From Chiloscyllium plagiosum (lineage: Eukaryota), in the NCBI RefSeq assembly GCF_004010195.1, contig NC_057719.1, forward strand, positions 56,965,187 to 56,994,904: DNA of 29,718 bases, given 5' to 3'. This document shows, piece after piece, positions 21,784-29,718 of this stretch (position 1 is the first letter of the stretch; each line of letters starts with the position of its first letter). A program made the translations under genes and the position numbers. The notes beneath the pieces are model-generated. The model ran no database searches. It was not told the origin of the DNA and saw only the letters and a program-made list of their open reading frames with translations.

Positions 21784-22621
21784 TGGATTGATAGGTCTTT
21801 TTAAATTTAGCATGGAGGTCAGTAATTGAAACATAAGCATGCAAAGCTACAGATCTTCTTTTAATACTAAACAGACATTTGTTACATAGAAGCAAAATAA
21901 ACTCAAATAAATAAAAACAGACCAAGCTATCTAAATATACAATATATGTGACTGCAAAACCCCTCTACTGTTAATGAAAGGCTATTGACATTGTGGGTTT
22001 TACAACAGGGAATGTATACACTGAAGGCATCAGCTTGCTCATAGTTTAAAACAATCAAGGATCGATTTTAGTTTGCAAACAAAAAGACTAAAATCTTTTA
22101 GGAACAGTTTTTGAAGGAGACATAATTCGAGTCAGAAGCATATATATTTTATCTCCGAGAAAGGAGTATCAGACATTCTGGAAAAGTTCAGTTCCAATGA
22201 AGTGAAAGTTTATGAAACTTCAAGTCCAGGAGTGTTTGAATAGAACTTTGCAGATTGTTAAGACAGAAAAAAATCTAAGCTTTCCCTTGTCATGGGTATT
22301 TGCGTAAGTAGCATTCACATTTCACAGGACAAAACTGGGCAGAAGCAATTGTGTTAAAACTAAAGTTCTGGTTTTGAGAGAAATTTCTCAGGAGTTTGAA
22401 TTGCTATCATAGAATAATGTTGGACAATGGATGAGACTGTCTTACTGTGAACTTAAACATTTTTCAAACTATATTGTATATTTAGATAGCTTGATCTGTT
22501 TTTGAGTTTATTTCTTCCTGTGTAACAAATGTCTTTAGTATTAAAAGAAAATCTGTAGCTTTGCATGCTTATGTTTCAATTACTGACCTCCATGCTAAAT
22601 TTAAAAAGACCTATCAATCCA
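21784..22621. repeat. Long inverted repeat: arms 21784-21946 and 22470-22621, 523 bp spacer
   Basis: 21784-21854 is the exact reverse complement of 22551-22621 (71 bp). The inner 80-90 bp match with substitutions and indels. Confidence 0.95.
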
Positions 22622-22714
22622 GATTTTATTCTGGGATCTCAGTTGTCTAAGAGTAACGTTTTTTGGCAGCAAACAAAGCTATCTAGGCTTAATGAGAATA
22701 GCTCTTAGAAATGG

Positions 22715-23960
22715 ACATATCAGAGGAGGCCACTTAGCTTGCTCCACGACTCATTCAGATCATGGTTGATTCAATTGTGACCTAAACTCCAAATTCCGAC
22801 TTACCCAGATAATCATTCAACCCCTTGCTTAACAAGAATCTATGTACCTCTGCTTTAAAGTATTCAAGTCCTTTGCTTCCACAATCTTTCAGGAAGAGCG
22901 TTCCATAGACTCAAAAAGCTCAGAAAAGAATTTGCCATGTCTGTTTCAAATGGATGGTCCCTGATTTTCAAACAGTGAATTCTAAATATAGGGGAAACAA
23001 CCTCTCTACACCTATCCTGTCAAGGCACCTCAGGATCTTGTATGTTTCAATCAAGTAATGTCTACATTCCAGTGGATACAAGCATAGCCTGTCCAGTCTT
23101 TTTTCATAAGACAACCTGTATATTCCTGGTTTCTAGTAAACCTCCTCTGAACTGCTTCCAATGCATTTCAAACCTTTCTTAAATAAGGTGACCAATAATA
23201 TACATAGTTCTCCAGATGCAGTGTCTCCAGTACAACGGAAGTATTACCTCCATAACTGAGAGATTCAATTCCCCGAGGACTAGATTTAAAAAAAAGCTTT
23301 TTCTATTACTTGCTAAATCTGCACGTTAACAGTTTGCAGTCAAGCAAGGACACCCAATTGTATTTGTATTTCAGAGCTTCGCAATCTCTCATCATTTAGA
23401 TCATGTTACTTTTTATTCAATTTTCACACATTATACCTCATTTGCCACATTTTTGACCACTCACCTAATGTATCAATATCTTTGTGTCCTCTTTACAGCT
23501 TACTTTCCTATCTTTGTGGCGTCAAAAAGCTCAATAAGCATAGCTTCTGTCTCTTCATCCAAGTAATTTATAAACATTTGAGAGCCCAGCAGCAATCCAT
23601 GTGGCACACCATCAACATCCTATCAACCTACAAGGCCCATTCATGTGTACTTTCTGGTTGGTCAGCCAATCTTGTATCCATGCCAATGTTACCTCTGACA
23701 CCACGAGCTTTATTCCACCCCCACCACAACCACCTGATGTGGAACCTTAGCAAAAGCCTTCTATAAATCTAAATAAGTTTAATCACTGGTTTCCCTTTAT
23801 CCACAGCACATGTTACCTTCTCAAAGACTGGTCAAACATGATTTCCCAAAGCCATGTTGACACTGTCCAATTACCTTGAACATATCTGGGTCCCTGCTAT
23901 AACTTCTTAATTAATCGTTTCCACCATTTTCCATACAACAGATGTTAAACTAAGAGCTTG
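22715..23960 (-). mobile_element. Old CR1-like LINE RT and 3' end
   Basis: TGTGGAACCTTAGCAAAAGCCTT encodes a KAF.KVPH-like motif on the minus strand. CR1-like tail near 22720-22780. Confidence 0.7.
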
Positions 23961-24869
23961 TAATTTCTCGTCACAGGTGACATCCAAAGGGCTGTTTGAT
24001 AATGTGGGAGGGGCTGAATATGAATGGATGGATTCAAATATGGTGCTCTAGGAAAGATGCGAGGTGACGATAGATTCAAAGGGAAGGACAATTGTGTCAA
24101 AGGATTTTGTTTTTTTCAGAAAGAGAGGTTGAACTTTCTGTCCAAGGCCTACTAAAGCATTCTAACAATACTTATTGCAAACTCAGAAACAGAGCCCTAC
24201 CTTATGACTGGGCACTTAACAGCCTTCCAGACTCAACACTGAATTCAACAACTATAAATCATAACCTCTCCCTCCATCTTGATCTGCACTGTCCTAATTT
24301 CACTGACTGAATCCAGCTTCTTTCTTTTCTTTATCTCTTCATATGTCATTTTGAAAACGATTCTCATGTCACCAATTCATACCTTGTTTGAGCACAATCT
24401 TTGTTTCTTCACTATATTCATTGCCATACCATAGCAATAGGTAATCTTTTCTCATTCAATGTCCTTTGGTCTCCACCTTATTACAGACCTCCTTTTTCTC
24501 TGGTCTTCTTGCCCCCAGCATTCACTGGCTTGAAACGTTTGACTACAGAGTTCCAACACCTGTAGTATTTTGTTTTTGCATTTTTAAACTTTTCCCAGTT
24601 CATATGAAACAACATAGGCCTGAAATGTTAACTCAGTTTTTCACACTATTGACACTGCCTGACCTATTTTCTGCACTGATCTTGTGGAAGCATTATAGTA
24701 AATATTTAAGTCAGGGTTAAAATACAAGTTTGGGGACAGCAGACTCTCCTACTAACCTGATAAAAATCTGTGTTGGGTGTACCTGTATTATTAGTATACA
24801 GTTTAGGTTTCAAGTGAGCAATGACAGACACATATAAAATAAAAACAAAATGTTATATGTCATGACGTT

Positions 24870-25218
24870 AGCCATGGCTCAGATGGTAGCATTAATGCCA
24901 GTGTCAGAACATTCTGTGTTTAGATATCATTACAGAGACTTTCACTTAATACTAAATGTAGTACTGAGGCCGAATGTGTTTTTTCAGGCAGGCATAAACA
25001 TATTCCATTGCACTATTTTTCCTCAGTGGCTTGGCCACTATTTATCCCTCAACCAACATCACTCAAGCAGATGAGTTAGGCATTACTACACTTACTGTTA
25101 ATGGACGATTCCTATGATTACAACATTATAGGGGCTACACTATAAAAGCTGTCCGCTGGGTGTCCCAAGCATTTTACAGTCAGGTGTAATGAAAGACACC
25201 ATAAATAGAAGTTCATTT
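24870..25218 (+). mobile_element. Degraded DeuSINE (SacSINE1-like) element
   Basis: tRNA-like head GCCATGGCTCAGATGGTAGCA and a Deu-domain-like GGCCACTATTTATCCCTCAACCAACATCACT...CAGAT, compared with a recalled consensus. Confidence 0.6.
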
Positions 25219-27109
25219 TCCTTTGACACAAATAATTTACATGATTTGCCTCACTTCAAAGATCCTTTCCAACAACAGATAGGTTAGTATGCAAGATACA
25301 TTCCTGTACATTTGTATTGTTCAACTATTACATCGTGGGATGAGAACTTGAAATGCAATAAGTGTCGATTTAGGTAGCATTTTTGGTACAGACACAATGG
25401 CCCAAAGGTCTCTTCTATACTGTATGATGCTATGAAACATTAATATTAATATATGATACTACTTTTCAATGTACAACCTGTTTTCTTGAATCTTGTCTTT
25501 TCCTTTATCTCCTATTTACCCAATTAATACCAAATAGCATCATGAAACCAGAAGCATTTTCTTAAAACTACTCTACATGATATGTATGTCCAAATGGCAA
25601 GCTATGAGAGATTAAATTATTTATGGCTGGCTTGTCCACACTATCAAACTGATTAAATGACAAAACTGAATAAATTGGACAACTTAATCAGGATATTCAA
25701 CTTGACTTCATGTGACACAAGAACATTGCATAATCAATGTTCCCATCAGTTTCTGGGTTTCCAAATGCTGCTCTCAACAGATTTTGATATCCAATTTAAA
25801 TTCAATTCACCAAGTTGATAAAAATGCAAAGAAAACTCTCTCCCAACCTTTCTGAGCACAAACCAGAAAAAAAGTGTAATAACAGAAGTGAGCTGCTGAT
25901 GTATGAAGGGACTTTTTGCTAGAGTTCGAAGATTACACTGTATTCACAGGACATAATTTGGATGTCCAGTTTTTGATGAGTGGATTTGAACAGTCAAATC
26001 TCAAAGCAGCAAAGATATAGCCAACCGGTAATTCAATTTTGTAATTTAGTCAGGAATTGGTTTGCAAGTTCATATTTAATGGGAATACTTTACTGTGGAC
26101 ATGCAGCACGCAGGAAAGAACTCTTTTGATGTTTTAGACAACGCAAGACTTTGCAAATTTAAAAACACTTTACAAACTATGTGCTGCATTTAACAGAATC
26201 ACTCTCTAAATAAGTGAGTGATACTAATTTTCAGAAGTCTACATCTTAGTTGAATGTAAACAAGTAAATACATTTTAGAAACTGGTTTAATCATGGTGCA
26301 AAATTCCTATCAGAGTTTTCAAAGGACTACACCCAAGCCTCCAGCATAATTTAATTCTAAAGAAAGTTCGCATTCACTTATCAGACATCAATGACTGTAT
26401 CATGGGCGTTGCAACTGTGGCTGAATACCTACGAGTTCATTTCTCAGTCATATAAGATCTTGTTTTATTTATCAGATTCCTTAATTCTTTTATTTTCAAG
26501 AAAAAATGCGTAAATAATTTTTAAAAAACAATATTTCCTGGGATGCACTAACATCAAGCAAAATTTGAAACATTTTACATTTATATAACTATTAACAGAA
26601 GTTACTTGCAGATCCCAGTAATTCCTCCCTTAAAATGAAACAGCTATAAGTGAGTCAGATTTTCCCCTTAAGTTATAGGTTCCTTCGGAACTTTCCCGCC
26701 CAAAAAGTATGCTCTAAAAAGTTAAATACAGAAATTCCCAATACCTTTATTGTAAATAAAATAACAACATATTTTTAACAATATTTTATTAACCCTTTCT
26801 ACTTGCCTCGTACTCACTGCCTCTTTCACAGAGATTGTGAGCAACCAGAGACGAAATTAGCAAGTATAACCACAAATGTAATAGACTAGTCAAGAGCAAA
26901 TTGGTGTTGGGCAAATAAGATTAGGGATTATGGTTCAGAGACTGGTGTGGGAAACTCGTGGGGCTCCAGTACCAGTACTGGGAAAAATTAGGGTGACCTT
27001 CACCTGAACTGTGCTAAGAACTCAAGAATGCACCAGAATGTAAGGCTGGAATCTGCAAGAAAATATAGAGGCAGATCTTAACACTGCACCAGAAAGTGTA
27101 CAGTTTTCA

Positions 27110-27960
27110 AACCACAAGAACCAAGAGCATTAATCAAAATGAATGACCAGTAGTCATTTCAGAGATGGTTGCAAGACCACCAAGGCTGGAGCCTAAGTAT
27201 TCAGCAGGGCAGGAGGCTAGGAAAAGGTGGTGGGGCTAGCTTTAAATTTGGAGTTACATTAGTATAATGGTGAGAGAAAATACCTCAGTTTAGAGATCAA
27301 GGTGTAGAATCGATTTAGGGAGAGAAAGAAATAGCAAACAAGTCACTTGCTGGGAATAGCTTAGAGGCTCTCAACAGTACCTACAGAACATCCAGTAAGA
27401 AATAATGGAACCATGTAGAGAAAGGTACTGCATTAAATCACAGGTGATCTTAAATTTTCATATAGATTTTGCAAATCAGATTGACAAAGGAAGCCTTATA
27501 GGTGACAGTGTTTTCAGGACAGATTTCGTAAAGCAGTATATTTTAAGGCCAACTAGGGAGAAGGCTGTATTAAACCTAGTAAAGTGCAACGAGACAAGAT
27601 AAATGAATGACCTCAAAGTAAAACAGCAATTAAGCATAACTGATCATAAATCAATGAATTCCATAATAAGTTTGAAGAGAGAAGAAAGTTTTAAACTTAA
27701 ACAAAGACATTTATAGGGGTATGAAGACATGTATTGGCTCAAATATGTTAAAAAGGTAACACTGCTGAGAAACAGAAGTCATTTAAGGAGAGTATTTTAT
27801 GGAGCAGAAAAGTCTGTGAGAAGGATGCACAACACGTGGTTCAATAAGGATATTAGTAATTGTATAAAATTTAAAGAAAAAGCATAATTAATGCCAAAAT
27901 TGATGGAGGATCAGATGAATGGACAGACTTTAGAAACTAATAAAGAATGACTAAGAAAAG
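27110..27960 (+). mobile_element. Degraded CR1-like endonuclease region
   Basis: ORF 27405..27602 reads DFVKQYILRPTREKAVLNLVKCNE, equivalent to the CR1 FL.Q.V..PTR..AILDLV motif. Confidence 0.65.
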
Positions 27961-27974
27961 AAGGAAATCAGATG

Positions 27975-28098
27975 GAGTGATGAAGGAGCAGCACTTTGAA
28001 ACTTGTGATTTCAAATAAACCTATTGTACTATAACTTGGTGTTGCATGACTTCTGATTTTGCCCACCCAAGTCCAACACCAGCACCTCCGCATCATGG
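27975..28098 (+). mobile_element. Short PLE-terminus-like repeat with a decayed hammerhead-like core; second copy at 28505-28590
   Basis: GTGATGAAGGAGCAGCACTTTGAAA...CAAATAAACCTATTGTACTATAACTTGGTGTT versus CTGACAAAGCAGCAATGCTCCAAAAG...CAAATAAATCAGTTGGACTATAACCTGGTGTT. Confidence 0.5.
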
Positions 28099-28189
28099 CT
28101 ACCTAAGAAAATAAGGATTGAGAAATTAGCAATAGAAATTTTCCAAATCCACTGTTATCAATTTTGCCACGTCATAGTTTTGTTTGTTC

Positions 28190-28700
28190 AGATTTAAGAC
28201 AACCATTTTCTGAGTGAATTATACCATTTTAAAATAATATAAAATTCTGTCATTGTGGTTACCATTCCCTAAAGGCTCCTTTACAGCAGGATTAATTAGC
28301 CCTTTCACATTACATAAAACCAATCTAAAACAGCTTGTTTCCAAATTGGTTCTTCAACATACTGCTGCAAAACTGATTCTTGTACACACATGAAGAATTA
28401 ATTCTTCACTGCATTAGTGCTGATAGGAGTCTACATGGATGGCCATTAATACTAGATTACCCATGTTACAGGTACCTCTAATTTCCCGACTTACATCGTG
28501 CTATCTGACAAAGCAGCAATGCTCCAAAAGCTTGCACTTCCAAATAAATCAGTTGGACTATAACCTGGTGTTATGTGATTTTTAACTATATTGTGCCCCA
28601 CATTGCTCCTACTGTTCGTGGCCTATAAAACTGGTCCACCAAAACTGATTCGATATCTTGATCCTTTGATCGAAGATCCTCCCTCAAAGTACAGATCTTA
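28190..28700 (-). mobile_element. Degraded CR1-like endonuclease region
   Basis: Minus strand reads QQYVEEPIWKQAVLDWFYVM, a QYVEEPTREQAILD-like motif. Confidence 0.55.
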
Positions 28701-28736
28701 TCCCTTATTCTGAGTGCATCTTCATTTTGTTTTTTT

Positions 28737-28840
28737 TAGAATATAGAACATTACAGCGCAGTACAGGCCCTTCGGCCCTCAATGTTGTGCCAACCTGTCA
28801 TAGCAATCTGAAGCCCATCTAACCTACACTATTCCGTGTA
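28737..28840 (-). mobile_element. Young short LINE 3' end (same family as 9976-10079)
   Basis: Near-identical reverse complement of 9988-10079, with a TAGAA-type tail. Confidence 0.8.
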
Positions 28841-29022
28841 TGTTTTATGCCCTTCCCTACTAAATTACAAACATTTTTGAATATTTAGTTCTAGTCTTAA
28901 TCATTTCTAACCATGTCTTGGTAATCAACGCCAATTAAAATCAGATCCATTTATCTCTATTTGGGAATTCAAATTATCGACATTGCTGCAAAGGTTTTAG
29001 ATGTGTTCAGAAACAGTGCCCT

Positions 29023-29337
29023 AGGGAAAAGGTTGAGACTCTGAAGGGAGATTACAGAGAGTTAGGCAGAAATTTAAAAAGGAGGTCCTCAAGGGTAGTA
29101 ATATCTGGATTACTCCCAGTGCTATGAGCTAGTGAGGGCAGGAATAGGAGGATAGAGCAGATGAATGCATGGCTGAGGAGCTGGTCTATGGGAGAAGGAT
29201 TCCCATTTTTGGATCATTTCAATTCCTTTTGTGGTAGAAGTGACCTGTACAAGAAGGACGGATTGCACCTAAATTGAAAGGGGACTAATATACTGGCAGG
29301 GAAATTTGCTAGAACTGCTTGGGAGGATTTAAACTAA
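29023..29337 (+). mobile_element. CR1 ORF1 SGNH-esterase C-terminus (pseudogenised); the element resumes at 29638-29718
   Basis: Reads REKVETLKGDYRELGRNLKRRSSRVVISGLLPVL*ASEGRNRRIEQMNAWLRSW...DLYKKDGLHLN*KGTNILAGKFARTAWEDLN*. DGLH is the SGNH DxxH motif. Confidence 0.85.
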
Positions 29338-29637
29338 GAAAAAATAAATAAACAAACAGGAGTGTCAACATGATGAAAAAAACACAGCATTGCTAAAAAA
29401 AAAACCAGAAGTGTCTCACGCAGCATTGCCCTTTGTCGAGAAGGGCACTGCTTGTCACTGGCCAGTCTGGTGTTTCCTTTCTTCCTGGTGGTGGAATATA
29501 AATAAAGATTTATGCACTTGTTGTTCTTCACTGTGTCCTACACCTGCACACACACACATGAAAAAAAAGTAAACAGGTGTCTTCCCCCACCAACAATTTG
29601 ATTTAGTCCCTACCCTCCCCTTCACACACACAAAAAA
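29337..29637 (+). mobile_element. Unclassified ~300 bp A-tailed insertion with a 26 bp TSD
   Basis: AGAACTG(C/A)TTGGGAGGATTTAAACTA occurs at 29311-29336 and 29638-29663. Internal AATAAA at 29501 and an A-run at the 3' end. Confidence 0.75.
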
Positions 29638-29718
29638 AGAACTGATTGGGAGGATTTAAACTAGTAAGGTGGCAGGGGTGGGACAAGGGAGATAGTGAGG
29701 AAAGAGATCGATCTGAGA

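Noticed and set aside
21690..22660. Possible solo LTR enclosing the long inverted repeat (starts TGTGATG)
   Set aside because: I could not confirm a matching CA end, TSD, PBS or PPT, so it is left unannotated.
25250..25290. Minus-strand ...ATCTTTGAA|GTGAG resembling the IFE end of the upstream RALGAPA1 exon
   Set aside because: The upstream codons read YLLLERIFE, not SQREELDAILFIFE, so this is a chance match.

Overview
Repeat-rich vertebrate genomic DNA, very likely from a cartilaginous fish (shark). The inference rests on HE1-type tRNA-derived SINEs with (AATCT)n tails, CR1/HER1-like LINE fragments, a DeuSINE-like element and Penelope-like elements. The only host gene I can support is RALGAPA1 (Ral GTPase-activating protein catalytic subunit alpha-1) on the minus strand. 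Five consecutive GT-AG coding exons (16524-16581, 13219-13262, 12666-12843, 12185-12300, 11109-11247; 535 nt) splice in frame to KILQHLPERIQSRWQFHSIG...[22 protein letters not shown], roughly human residues 90-268. I found no other exons, so the rest of the window appears intronic and is filled with nested retroelements. Of the supplied ORFs, one overlaps a real exon; the rest are transposon debris or chance. The most notable features are: four short foldback (palindromic) Penelope-derived insertions carrying oppositely oriented hammerhead-ribozyme-type cores, three with target-site duplications; a 150-160 bp inverted repeat whose outer 71 bp are perfect; a degenerate ~125 bp tandem run of short tRNA-derived SINEs; and a ~300 bp A-tailed insertion with a 26 bp duplication at a CR1 ORF1 stop codon. 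Family names come from recall and were not checked against a database.
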